A DNA stretch of 63,698 bases, taken from positions 1 through 63,698 of the forward strand of contig JAUSHE010000024.1 in NCBI GenBank assembly GCA_030648435.1, read 5' to 3'. The position numbers and the translations under genes were made by a program. The notes under the pieces were generated by a model. It ran no database searches, had not been told where the DNA came from, and saw only the letters and a list, made by a program, of their open reading frames with translations. Shown here in pieces: positions 46,712 to 56,253 of the stretch (its first letter is position 1; each line of letters begins with the position of its first letter). The stretch comes from Candidatus Daviesbacteria bacterium (GTDB lineage: Bacteria > Patescibacteriota > Microgenomatia > Daviesbacterales > UBA10151).

Positions 46712-47557
46712 ATGGCTACAAAATTGGCTATTTTTGAAGACAAAGAGATCCGCCGTCACTGGAATAAGAAACAAGAAAAATGGTATTTTTCGGTAGTGAA
46801 TATTATTCAAATATTAATTGATCAGTCAGATTATCAAAAAGCCAGAAAATATTGGAATAAGCTTGCTGAAAGACTACGCAAGGAAGGTAGTGAGTCGGTG
46901 ACAAAATGTCACCAGCTGAAATTAGAAGCTGCCGATGGAAAAAAATATCTCACAGATGTTGCAGATATTGAAACATTATTCCGCATAATTCAGTCCGTGC
47001 CAAGCCCTAAAGCCGAACCCCTTAAGCTCTGGTTGGCCAGAGTAGGATACGAGAGATTGCAGGAAATAGCTGATCCTGAAAAATCTATTAACAGAGGACG
47101 GAAAAATTGGGAAAGAATGGGCAGAAGTGGAAAGTGGATTCAGCAAAGAATGATGGGGCAGGAAATCCGCAACAAACTTACCGACTATTGGAAAAGCCAT
47201 GATGTAAAAAAACAAGACGAATATGCAATTCTGACAAATATTATTCATGAAGAATGGAGCGGTTTATCAGTAAAGAAGCATAAAAACCTAAAAGGATTAA
47301 AAACCGAAAATTTGCGGGATCATATGAGCGACGCGGAACTTGTCTTTACTGCCTTGGCAGAACTTTCCACCCGGCAAATTGCAGAGGTAGAGCAAACAAA
47401 GGGATTAGAAGAAAACAAGATTCCGGCCAAAAAAGGCGGACGGATTGCTAAGAATGCCAGGTTAGAATTGGAACAAAAAACCAGTAAGAAAGTTGTTTCC
47501 AGAGAAAATTTTAAGTTACCGGGAAAAAATACACCTTTAACTCTGGACAACTTGTAA
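46712..47557 (+). CDS. Bro-N domain protein (DNA-damage-inducible/antirepressor-like)
   Basis: KWYFSVV, RKYWNKL, CHQLKLEAADGKKY.TD, IIQSVPSPKAEP.KLWLA, NLRDHM. Confidence 0.88.
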   Translation: MATKLAIFEDKEIRRHWNKKQEKWYFSVVNIIQILIDQSDYQKARKYWNKLAERLRKEGSESVTKCHQLKLEAADGKKYLTDVADIETLFRIIQSVPSPKAEPLKLWLARVGYERLQEIADPEKSINRGRKNWERMGRSGKWIQQRMMGQEIRNKLTDYWKSHDVKKQDEYAILTNIIHEEWSGLSVKKHKNLKGLKTENLRDHMSDAELVFTALAELSTRQIAEVEQTKGLEENKIPAKKGGRIAKNARLELEQKTSKKVVSRENFKLPGKNTPLTLDNL

Positions 47558-47582
47558 AAGTATTGTTAATATCATAATCCTT

Positions 47583-47840
47583 ATGGTTAAACTCTTAGAT
47601 TTTTGGGCGCCGTGGTGTTTCCCATGCAAGACCATGACCCCTATTATTGAAGAATTAAAAAAGGAGTTAGACGGCAAGGTTGAGGTAGAAGAGATCAATG
47701 TTGATGAAAACCAAGACAAGGCATCAAAATATGGGGTGATGAGTATACCTACCTATATTGTTTTAAAAGACGGAAAAGAGGCCGGTAGGAAAATTGGCGT
47801 TACTTCTAAAGAAGACCTGCTTAACATGATAAACTTATGA
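47583..47840 (+). CDS. trxA: Thioredoxin family protein
   Basis: LDFWAPWCFPCK, INVDEN, YGVMSIPT. Confidence 0.88.
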   Translation: MVKLLDFWAPWCFPCKTMTPIIEELKKELDGKVEVEEINVDENQDKASKYGVMSIPTYIVLKDGKEAGRKIGVTSKEDLLNMINL

Positions 47841-47844
47841 AAGT

Positions 47845-48504
47845 ATGTGGATTATTGCCAATTGGAAATCTAATAAAACTATAGCTGAAGCGCTGGATTG
47901 GATATCTCAGATTGGTCCGCAAATTCCTAAGTCAGAAAAATTAAGAGTAATAGTTTGTCCGACTTTTGATGCTTTATCAGAAGTAAAAAAAGCAATTATA
48001 GTAGGTAATTTCCCGCTTCTTGTGGGGGCACAGGATTTATCACCGTTTGGGACAGGTGCCTATACCGGAGAAGAGCCGGTGCAAACTTTAAGCCAATTCA
48101 TTGATTTTGTAATTGTAGGCCATAGTGAGCGAAGACAGAATTTTGGAGAAACAGACGAAATGATTGCAAAGAAAGTAGTACAGGCGCTGGACAATAATAT
48201 TACCCCGCTGGTCTGTGTTCAGGATGAGAATACCCCGGTACCGGAAGGATGTAAACTGGTAGTTTTCGAGCCTGTTTTCGCGATAGGAACAGGAAATCCA
48301 GATACACCTGAGAATGCTGATGAAATAGCAAAAAAACTTAAAGAAAAATATGGTGACGGCTTAGAAGTATTATACGGGGGCAGTGTTAATTCGCAAAATG
48401 TAAAAGGATTTATTAGTAAGCCGAATATTAGCGGTGTGCTGGTCGGCAATGCTTCCTTAGATGCGGAGGAGTTTGTTAAAATATGCAAAAATTGCGCCCT
48501 TTAA
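47845..48504 (+). CDS. tpiA: Triosephosphate isomerase
   Basis: ANWKSN, GAYTGE, VGHSERR, EPVFAIGTG, YGGSVN, GVLVGNASL. Confidence 0.95.
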   Translation: MWIIANWKSNKTIAEALDWISQIGPQIPKSEKLRVIVCPTFDALSEVKKAIIVGNFPLLVGAQDLSPFGTGAYTGEEPVQTLSQFIDFVIVGHSERRQNFGETDEMIAKKVVQALDNNITPLVCVQDENTPVPEGCKLVVFEPVFAIGTGNPDTPENADEIAKKLKEKYGDGLEVLYGGSVNSQNVKGFISKPNISGVLVGNASLDAEEFVKICKNCAL

Positions 48505-49664
48505 GATTGCGGAGAAGCGGAAAAAATACTTTCAAGAAACTTTTGCCGTTTCTAGTAAGCGCAGGTGTTTTAATTTTACTTGCTTTATTTATTATTACCC
48601 GCTCGGGGGCAAGTTCTTATGTAAATTCAATAATTTCCGGAATCTCGCTTCGCTCCAGCGATAACAGGGTAAATATTTTACTTTTAGGAATAGCCGGGGG
48701 CACTCATGATGGTACCAATCTGACAGATACGATTATGATTGCTTCGTATGATTTAACAACAAAAGATATGGTACTTTTTTCCGTACCGCGCGATTTATGG
48801 CTGCCGTCTTTAAAGAACAAAGCAAATGCCGCATATGAAATAGGTCTTTTACAGGGGAATGGTTTAGGGCTTGCGAAAACAGTAATTGGGAATATTTTAG
48901 GACTACCTATTCATTATGGTTTGCGGGTGGATTTTAGAGGTTTTGTTGCTGTCATTGATGCCATAAACGGAATAGAAATAGAAGTAGAAAAGCCTTTTGA
49001 TGATTATCTTTATCCAATACAGGGCAAAGAAAATGACCTTTGCGGAAATACGGAAAAAGAGATGGATTTTAACGAAGAAGATGCAAAAAAGTTGAATATA
49101 GACCCGGGCAGGAAAAAAGTTTTAATTACAGCCGAGGGGCAGATTGCAACTGATTCGGCGGAGGAGAATAAAGGGATAAAGTATTTTTCCTGCAGATATG
49201 AACATATCGGATTTGAAAAAGGTAAAATGCAAATGAGCGGAGCTGTGGCTTTGGCATTTGTGAGATCCAGGCATGGTACAAACGGTGAAGGGTCGGATTT
49301 TGCCAGATCAAAAAGACAGCAAAAAGTAATTGAAGGAGTAAGAAACAAATTGTTGTCACTCCAAACCTTGGCCAACCCGCAAAAAGTTACGGAACTGATT
49401 AATATTTTAGGTAAAAGCATAGATACCGATATATCTATCAAGGAAATGATAGAATTTTATAAATTATCCAAACAGTTGGATAAACTTAAGAATTTTGTCC
49501 TGGATGATTCCCTGTTAATACATCCTCCGTCTTCGGATTATGGAGGGGCTTATGTTTTGGTTTCACAGGATGATGACTTTTCTATTGTGCAGGAATATGT
49601 TAGAAAGGTGCTGACAGGAGAAATAACCGAATATGAAGCCACTGCTTCTGCACGGACCCGCTAA
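48483..49664 (+). CDS. LCP (LytR-CpsA-Psr) family protein
   Basis: NILLLG, LTDTIM, SVPRDLW, DFRGF, ALAFVRSRH, SDFARSKRQQ. Confidence 0.92.
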   Translation: MQKLRPLRLRRSGKNTFKKLLPFLVSAGVLILLALFIITRSGASSYVNSIISGISLRSSDNRVNILLLGIAGGTHDGTNLTDTIMIASYDLTTKDMVLFSVPRDLWLPSLKNKANAAYEIGLLQGNGLGLAKTVIGNILGLPIHYGLRVDFRGFVAVIDAINGIEIEVEKPFDDYLYPIQGKENDLCGNTEKEMDFNEEDAKKLNIDPGRKKVLITAEGQIATDSAEENKGIKYFSCRYEHIGFEKGKMQMSGAVALAFVRSRHGTNGEGSDFARSKRQQKVIEGVRNKLLSLQTLANPQKVTELINILGKSIDTDISIKEMIEFYKLSKQLDKLKNFVLDDSLLIHPPSSDYGGAYVLVSQDDDFSIVQEYVRKVLTGEITEYEATASARTR

Positions 49665-50310
49665 AGCTGCTTCTAGAATTAAGCTTCTAGAATTAAAACA
49701 GAAATTTTCCGCCAAAGGCGGACCATCCTTTGGATGGAATCCTAATAATATAGTGGTTCTTGAAGAAGGGACTGATTTGAAAATCATTAAAGAAACCTTA
49801 AGTGCGCAATCGCTTTTTTCGGATGAACAGTTAATTATTCTGGAAAACCCTCCTGAAGACTTTTTTGACTATGAACTACGAACTGTGAACTATGAACTAA
49901 TATTGTGGTTTGATCATAAAGTCGACCCAAAGGACTGGCATGGTTTTGAAGAGTTATTTTTTCCTGAGAGCAAAGAAGTTTCGGTCTTTCCGTTTTTAGA
50001 TTTATTGGCAGCTAAAGATACAAAAGCGTATTTGGAGTTTTATAAATTAAAAAATGCAGGTTTTGATATTTACTACTTATTAACAATGATTTTTTATCTA
50101 CTGAGGTCTTTGGCGGTAACGCCTAAAAAAGCTCCTGATTTTGTAAAAAAGAAATTAGACAGACAAAGAGCAAATTTTTCTAAAGAAAAAATAACCGACC
50201 TTTATAAAAATATGCTGGAAATTGATTTTAAAATCAAATCAGGTTTTCTGGAAAAGGATCATGCAGAATTTTTACTGGTTAATAAGTTTATTGGGAGCCT
50301 AGGGTTTTGA
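49633..50310 (+). CDS. Putative DNA polymerase III delta-like subunit
   Basis: LLLHG N-terminus, QSLFSDEQLIILEN, VFPFLD, LEIDFKIKSG C-terminus typical of short HolA-like proteins. Confidence 0.6.
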   Translation: MKPLLLHGPAKAASRIKLLELKQKFSAKGGPSFGWNPNNIVVLEEGTDLKIIKETLSAQSLFSDEQLIILENPPEDFFDYELRTVNYELILWFDHKVDPKDWHGFEELFFPESKEVSVFPFLDLLAAKDTKAYLEFYKLKNAGFDIYYLLTMIFYLLRSLAVTPKKAPDFVKKKLDRQRANFSKEKITDLYKNMLEIDFKIKSGFLEKDHAEFLLVNKFIGSLGF

Positions 50311-51196
50311 GTTTTTGGGACATCAGATCCAAATCTTTCTGGTCCACTTTTCCGTCGCTATTTAGATCTATGTTAGGATCTTTAGGTTTTTTCCCGAAAT
50401 TTTGCAGGATGACGGCATTATCAGCAGCATTGATTTTCCCGTCACCGTTTAAATCGTATTGGGGAGTTTCTTCCGGAGCAGTCAGATCTGTATTCTGACC
50501 TAATTTTATAGGAGGAAGTGGCGGCATGTTAGCTTTTAGGTAAAACTGAATACCTGACTCTCCTTTACTGGAGCGGACGGTTAGCTTGGCAGGCATGTTA
50601 TCTGTTAGAGAAAATGCACCTGAAAGATCATCTTTGGCAATTTGTGACACAGGAATCAGAAAGTTTCCACCTTTTTTTATTAAAGCGGATTGTATTGTTG
50701 CTCCTGTAAAAGATAGATAAATAATGCCTTCGTCCAAGGGTGAATTGCCAGTTGATACAGACCCAATAACAGGGGTAAATTCATTTTGATTTGTCAGCGG
50801 TGCTGATGTTTCAAATTGTAGTGTTTCAGAAGTGTTCTTACCCGAAATAATACTAAATTGATATTTGGTTTTCGGGAGAAGTTTTTTAATTGTGACATAA
50901 TGAATTAAGTGAGGTTTTGGGGTTGTATCGCGGTCGTCTAAAATTGTTTGTTGCTGCAAACTGTTTGGGGAAAATGAAACAAAGGAAAAAACTGTGGAAT
51001 TTGTCTCCCATGAAACTACAGCTGAAGAATCGGTAATATTTGAAATTGTGATATTTTGAGGGATTAAATCAGGAGCCGCTTTTGAAAGAAATACTTGTTC
51101 CCGCAAAACCAAAAAAACCCCGCTGGCAAGCCCAAAAAAGATTAAACCCAATCCAAGTACGGTAGGTATTTTAAATTTATTGAGGATATTTTTCAT
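50288..51196 (-). CDS. Fibronectin type III plus dockerin-like domain exported protein
   Basis: ISNITDSSAVVSWET..HYVTIKKLLPKTKY (FN3); YDLNGDGKINAAD and DLNSDGKVDQKD (dockerin-type EF loops). Confidence 0.8.
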   Translation of the reverse strand: MKNILNKFKIPTVLGLGLIFFGLASGVFLVLREQVFLSKAAPDLIPQNITISNITDSSAVVSWETNSTVFSFVSFSPNSLQQQTILDDRDTTPKPHLIHYVTIKKLLPKTKYQFSIISGKNTSETLQFETSAPLTNQNEFTPVIGSVSTGNSPLDEGIIYLSFTGATIQSALIKKGGNFLIPVSQIAKDDLSGAFSLTDNMPAKLTVRSSKGESGIQFYLKANMPPLPPIKLGQNTDLTAPEETPQYDLNGDGKINAADNAVILQNFGKKPKDPNIDLNSDGKVDQKDLDLMSQKLKTLGSQ

Positions 51197-51369
51197 GGTT
51201 GAGACTGAAATATCTGGGTATTAAAATTCGGATTTATCGGTTCAATTATCTCCTGAACTTTTTGCGAAACTTCAACTTTCGCTCCGGCATGCAAAACATC
51301 GAATATCATCCAAGCAACAATTGTTGTCAAAGTTAAGATTGCGGCAATAAGCCATTCTTTTTTAGTCAT
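51193..51369 (-). CDS. Small membrane-anchored protein downstream of pilO
   Basis: Manual translation MTKKEWLIAAILTLTTIVAWMIFDVLH...IEPINPNFNTQIFQSQP (58 aa), overlapping both neighbours by 4 nt. Confidence 0.75.
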   Translation of the reverse strand: MTKKEWLIAAILTLTTIVAWMIFDVLHAGAKVEVSQKVQEIIEPINPNFNTQIFQSQP

Positions 51370-51971
51370 TTAAGGTAATATGCCTTTCCGGATACAGACA
51401 TAATTAATGTTGTTCTCTCGCTTGTTTCAGACATTGATAAATTATCAATCGAGATTAACCTACTACTTCTTCTGATATCCTGCAAGAGAGAAACTAAATT
51501 TTGATAATTGCCTTCTGTATTAAAAACAAATGAAACTTCAGAAAGAATTCCTTGCTGATTTGTAGTTTTTGTATCAATAACAAGCGGTTGGATCTGTAAA
51601 GCTGAAACAGACGCTTCATGCATCTTGGCGCTTTGTTCGAGGATTGCAATAATAGATTTTAAATTTAGATTATCAGGTACTGCATCAGTGATTTGCCTCT
51701 TAATATCCTGATTGAGATTATCGTAATTTTTCTTACCCAAAGAAAGATCATTTGCTTTTTGGGTGATTTTTTGCAGAACTTCATTCTGACTTACGAGTTG
51801 TTTTTGTAAAACAAAGATTGTTTCAGTTGTCGGCTTGATGGCGAAGATTGTTAGAATAGACATCGTTAGAAGGGCAAATATAGTTGAACCATAGTATTTG
51901 ATAACCGGTGACTGTGTGAAGGGTTTAATATAGGTAAAATATCTGGAATATAAAGAAGTTTGGCTTTTCAT
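51366..51971 (-). CDS. pilO: Type IV pilus assembly protein PilO-like
   Basis: TM, coiled coil, AVPD, EGNYQNLVSLLQDI..SRLISIDNL. Confidence 0.75.
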   Translation of the reverse strand: MKSQTSLYSRYFTYIKPFTQSPVIKYYGSTIFALLTMSILTIFAIKPTTETIFVLQKQLVSQNEVLQKITQKANDLSLGKKNYDNLNQDIKRQITDAVPDNLNLKSIIAILEQSAKMHEASVSALQIQPLVIDTKTTNQQGILSEVSFVFNTEGNYQNLVSLLQDIRRSSRLISIDNLSMSETSERTTLIMSVSGKAYYLK

Positions 51972-52531
51972 ATTTTTTTCATTAATACGCTAATGGTAAA
52001 TTTAATAATTTCCTGATCAAAACCTATATCGGCAATGGAAACGTTATGCATAGTAGGCTCTTTCTTTAAACCGGTAATAAAACCATTTAAATCAGTATTA
52101 CTTTGGCTTTCTCCGGTTATATCTATTTTATTATCTCCTATATCTTTAACTATTTTAATGTTCGTTATTTTAACATTAGAGGGGGTTTGATCAGCGATTT
52201 TTTTAAAAATTTCCGGCCAGTCAGATGAATCTTTTGTAATATTTTCAATGGTGCTTAATTTAAGTTGGGTATTCCTTATGAGTATCTCATATGGCTTAAG
52301 ACTTTCAATATAAGGGATCTGTTCCTCAATAGCTTCTTTTTTGGAGGCTAAATCCGCATCCAGTTTAAATCTGGTAGCAAATGCGATTAAAACCAAAGCT
52401 TCTACAAAAACAAAAATGAAGCGACCGGAAGATAGTAACCAACGGATAAGTCTAACCAAAAGTTTTTCAGGATTGCTTTGGGGTTTAAGTAAATTTAAAT
52501 TAATCGCAAGAGGATTCTTCTTTTTGGGCAT
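51968..52531 (-). CDS. pilN: Type IV pilus assembly protein PilN-like
   Basis: INLNLL, TM, coiled coil, TPSNVKITNI, ITGES..LNGFITGL. Confidence 0.72.
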   Translation of the reverse strand: MPKKKNPLAINLNLLKPQSNPEKLLVRLIRWLLSSGRFIFVFVEALVLIAFATRFKLDADLASKKEAIEEQIPYIESLKPYEILIRNTQLKLSTIENITKDSSDWPEIFKKIADQTPSNVKITNIKIVKDIGDNKIDITGESQSNTDLNGFITGLKKEPTMHNVSIADIGFDQEIIKFTISVLMKKI

Positions 52532-52558
52532 GGATTCATTATACTAAATATATAAATA

Positions 52559-52828
52559 TTATTTTTTAGGAGATTTTTTGACGGGAGCTTTCTTTTCTGT
52601 GACCCCTTTGGATAATCTGGATTTTAATCTGGCAGCTTTGTTGGGGTGGATTAAGTGTACTTTGGCAGCCTTGTCTAAGGCAGAAAAAACAGCTTGTAAG
52701 TCTTTGGCAGATTTGCTGGTTCTTACTTTTTTGATAAGTGACTTGTAGTTAATTTCCCGCTTTTTGTTGCGGGCTGTTCTTACCTTATCTTTTCTAACTT
52801 TTTTAATTGCTGAACGTATAATAGGCAT
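52559..52828 (-). CDS. rpsT: 30S ribosomal protein S20
   Basis: SAIKKVR..RTARN, LDKAAK..IHPNKAARLKSRL. Confidence 0.96.
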   Translation of the reverse strand: MPIIRSAIKKVRKDKVRTARNKKREINYKSLIKKVRTSKSAKDLQAVFSALDKAAKVHLIHPNKAARLKSRLSKGVTEKKAPVKKSPKK

Positions 52829-52863
52829 GTGGGGTATGGTATCATAAATTAGTCTAAAACAAA

Positions 52864-54498
52864 ATGGTTAAGAATTTATTCTCACTTCTTTATTCCCGAC
52901 AAACATCAATTTTATCGGCGGCATCAATAATTATGGCTACAATGATGTTGTCTAAAGTGTTGGGATTGGTCCGGGACCGGCTATTGGCGCATGTTTTTTT
53001 ACCGGAAAAAATAGATATTTTTTGGTCGGCATTTAGGCTGCCGGATTTAATATTCCAGATAATAATTTTAGGTGCGCTGTCGGTTGCTTTTATTCCGGTT
53101 TTTACAGAGCATCTGGAAAATAAAGGCAAAGATGATGCTTTTGCCATGGCCAGGGCAGTTTTGAATGTTTCTTTGACTATATTTATTGCAATTACAATAG
53201 TAATTTTTATTTTTGCAGAGCCGATAATTGCAAATTTTATTGCGCCCGGGTTTACAGTGGCAAGACAACAGCAGGTAGTGGAACTCACAAGAGTCATTTT
53301 ATTTGGCCAGATTATTTTGGTTTTTGGATCTTTTTTTATCGGCATTTCGCAATCTTTTCAAAGGTTTATTATTCCCTCACTGGCACCGGTGTTTTATAAC
53401 CTGGGAATTATTTTAGGTATTATTTTTCTGTCTAAACAATTTGGTGTGACAGGTGCTGCTTATGGCGTGGTGATCGGGGCATTCCTGCATGCCGCTATAC
53501 AATTGCCGTTTGTTTGGTCAATGGGATTTAGGTTTAAATTTCCGCTAAAGTTTTTTAATCCGGGAGTAAAAGAAATAATGAGACTGATGAGTGTCCGGAC
53601 AATCGGATTGTCGGCTGAACAAATTAATGAAACAGTAGGGCTGGCTTTGGCCTCTCTGGCGTCAATTGGATCTGTGACATATCTTACTTTTGCTCAGCAT
53701 CTGCAGGTTGTGCCGATTGGACTTTTCGGGGCAACGCTGGCTCAGGCTGCGCTGCCGGTTTTATCTTCCGAGAGGGCCCGCGGGAAAATAGAAGAGTTTA
53801 AAATAACAATGCTTACAACTCTGCAGCAAATTCTTTTTCTGACCCTACCGGCAACAGCGATATTGATTGTGATCAGAATTCCGGTTGTTAGATTAGTTTT
53901 TGGTGCGTCTCAGTTTAATTGGACAGCCACAGTTTTAACAGGCGCAACACTGGCTTTTCTGGCAATTGGCTTATCTGCTCAGGCCATCTCGCTGCTCTTA
54001 GTCAGGGGGTTTTATGCGCTGAAAGACACTAAAACACCGGTTATTGTTTCTCTTGTTGTAGTGGCAGTAAATATCATCTTGAGTTTATATGCCATTGTTG
54101 TGTTGAAGTTTGATGTTTGGAGTATTGGATTTGCCAATTCTATTTCTGCAGTACTTTCAGCGATCTTACTTTTTTGGACGCTTCATTTTAAGGTAGGAAA
54201 ATTTGATTTAAAAATGGCATTAACACCTCTTCTGAAAATGCTTATGGCAACTATTGTGATGGGTGTTTGTTTGTATATTCCTATCAAGCTTTTGGATGCG
54301 GTGATTTTTGATACCACCAGAACGATCAATCTTTTGGCTTTAACCGGAATTTCTTCCTTTTTTGCTCTATCAATCTATGTGGTGTTAGTCAGATTTATGA
54401 AAGTGAGAGAACTGGATACATATGTTGAACTGATTAAAAGACTGGGCAAATTTCAAAGTAAATTAAGGTCCAAAGAAATTTTACCCGAGACTGTTTAG
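52864..54498 (+). CDS. murJ: Lipid II flippase MurJ
   Basis: SKVLGLVRDR, AFRLPD, AFIPVF, PIGLFG, RGFYALKDTKTP. Confidence 0.95.
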   Translation: MVKNLFSLLYSRQTSILSAASIIMATMMLSKVLGLVRDRLLAHVFLPEKIDIFWSAFRLPDLIFQIIILGALSVAFIPVFTEHLENKGKDDAFAMARAVLNVSLTIFIAITIVIFIFAEPIIANFIAPGFTVARQQQVVELTRVILFGQIILVFGSFFIGISQSFQRFIIPSLAPVFYNLGIILGIIFLSKQFGVTGAAYGVVIGAFLHAAIQLPFVWSMGFRFKFPLKFFNPGVKEIMRLMSVRTIGLSAEQINETVGLALASLASIGSVTYLTFAQHLQVVPIGLFGATLAQAALPVLSSERARGKIEEFKITMLTTLQQILFLTLPATAILIVIRIPVVRLVFGASQFNWTATVLTGATLAFLAIGLSAQAISLLLVRGFYALKDTKTPVIVSLVVVAVNIILSLYAIVVLKFDVWSIGFANSISAVLSAILLFWTLHFKVGKFDLKMALTPLLKMLMATIVMGVCLYIPIKLLDAVIFDTTRTINLLALTGISSFFALSIYVVLVRFMKVRELDTYVELIKRLGKFQSKLRSKEILPETV

Positions 54499-54501
54499 TT
54501 T

Positions 54502-56253
54502 ATGAATATTCGTAACTTTTCAATAATCGCGCATATAGATCACGGGAAATCTACCTTAGCTGACAGGCTGTTAGAGATTACCGGAACTATAGCAAAAGAA
54601 AAAATGCAGCCTCAGCTTTTGGATTCTCTGGCGCTGGAGCGGGAGCGGGGTATTACGATTAAACTCGCCCCTGTCAGATTGAATTACATTTTACATTCTA
54701 CATTGTACATTCTTAATTTAATTGATACTCCCGGCCATGTGGATTTTTCTTATGAAGTGTCCCGGGCGCTTGCTGCAGTTGAGGGCGCAATTCTTTTGGT
54801 AGATGCCACCCAGGGGATTCAGGCCCAAACTTTGGCCCATGGCTTGGCTGCCATGGAGCAGAATTTAACTTTGATTCCGGTTATTAACAAAATTGATCTG
54901 CCGAATGCTGATATCGAATCAACAAAAAAACAACTGGTGGATACTTTTGGGTTTACAGGAGATGAAATATTGCTTGTATCAGGTAAAACCGGCCAGGGAG
55001 TAGATAAGCTGTTGGAAGAAATTATTAAGAAAGTGCCGCCACCTAAACAGGAAATAGAGAAGCCGTTAAAAGCTTTGATCTTTGATTCTTTTTTTGATTC
55101 TTTTAAGGGAGTGGTTGCCCAAGTGCGGATTGTTGAAGGGCAAACCCCGCCTGATCAGAGCCAACTTATCTTTTTGGGTACAAAAGCCCAGGGGCATGTT
55201 TTGGAGACGGGCTATTTTGCCCCGCAATTGACTCTGAATAAGGGTCTAAAAAGCGGAGAAATAGGTTACATTGCAACAGGGATAAAAGAACCTGATTTAG
55301 TGCGTGTGGGTGATACCATTACCACTGATTTTTCTACTACCCAGCTACCTGGATACAAGGAAGTGAAACCAATGGTGTTTGTGGGGCTTTTCCCGATAGA
55401 TGCTGATGAGTATTTTGAGCTAAAAGAAGCTCTTGCCAAATTTAGATTAACCGATCCGGCCTTTTCTTATGTTCCCGAGCAGTCAGAGGCTTTGGGAGCG
55501 GGTTTTAGGTGCGGATTTTTAGGTTTACTGCATGCGGAAGTAGTGCAGGAGCGGTTATCAGGGGAATTCAATGTTGATCTTTTAGCAACTGCTCCGTCAG
55601 TTGAATATTTGGTAGATAATAAACCGCTTTCCAGTCCCTCATCACTCGGCACTTTTCACTCTATCAAGGAACCATGGGTGAGTTTGCGGATTTTTGTGCC
55701 CCAAACTTATATTGGTCCGGTTATGGAATTAGTCCAGGATAAAAGGGGTAAGTTTTTGGATATGCAGCATTTTGGGGCCCAAGTTGAGATGAGTTATGAA
55801 ATGCCCTTATCTGAAATGGTAACTAATTTTTATGATAAATTAAAATCCGTTTCATCAGGTTTTGCTTCCCTTGATTGGGAGCTATTAGATTTTCGGGAAA
55901 CAGAAGCAGTCAGGGTAGATATTTTAGTAGCCGGAGAAAAAGTGGATGCGCTGTCAACTATTATTTACAAGCCGAAGGCAGAAAGTTTTGGCAGAAGCAT
56001 GGTAGAAAAATTAAAAGAGGTTTTACCACGGCAAAATTTTGTAATTGCCATTCAGGCGGCAATTGGGGGCACTATTATTGCCAGGGAAACAGTATCTGCT
56101 TACAGAAAAGATGTGACAGCCAAACTTTACGGCGGAGACAGGACCCGGAAAGATAAACTGCTGGAAAAGCAGAAAAAAGGTAAGAAGAAAATGAAAATGG
56201 TAGGCAGGGTCGAAATCCCCCAGGAAGCATTTTTGAGTATTTTGAAATCTTAG
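54502..56253 (+). CDS. lepA: Elongation factor 4
   Basis: IRNFSIIAHIDHGKSTLADRL, DTPGHVDF, GFRCGFLGLLH, KDVTAKLYGGD. Confidence 0.98.
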   Translation: MNIRNFSIIAHIDHGKSTLADRLLEITGTIAKEKMQPQLLDSLALERERGITIKLAPVRLNYILHSTLYILNLIDTPGHVDFSYEVSRALAAVEGAILLVDATQGIQAQTLAHGLAAMEQNLTLIPVINKIDLPNADIESTKKQLVDTFGFTGDEILLVSGKTGQGVDKLLEEIIKKVPPPKQEIEKPLKALIFDSFFDSFKGVVAQVRIVEGQTPPDQSQLIFLGTKAQGHVLETGYFAPQLTLNKGLKSGEIGYIATGIKEPDLVRVGDTITTDFSTTQLPGYKEVKPMVFVGLFPIDADEYFELKEALAKFRLTDPAFSYVPEQSEALGAGFRCGFLGLLHAEVVQERLSGEFNVDLLATAPSVEYLVDNKPLSSPSSLGTFHSIKEPWVSLRIFVPQTYIGPVMELVQDKRGKFLDMQHFGAQVEMSYEMPLSEMVTNFYDKLKSVSSGFASLDWELLDFRETEAVRVDILVAGEKVDALSTIIYKPKAESFGRSMVEKLKEVLPRQNFVIAIQAAIGGTIIARETVSAYRKDVTAKLYGGDRTRKDKLLEKQKKGKKKMKMVGRVEIPQEAFLSILKS

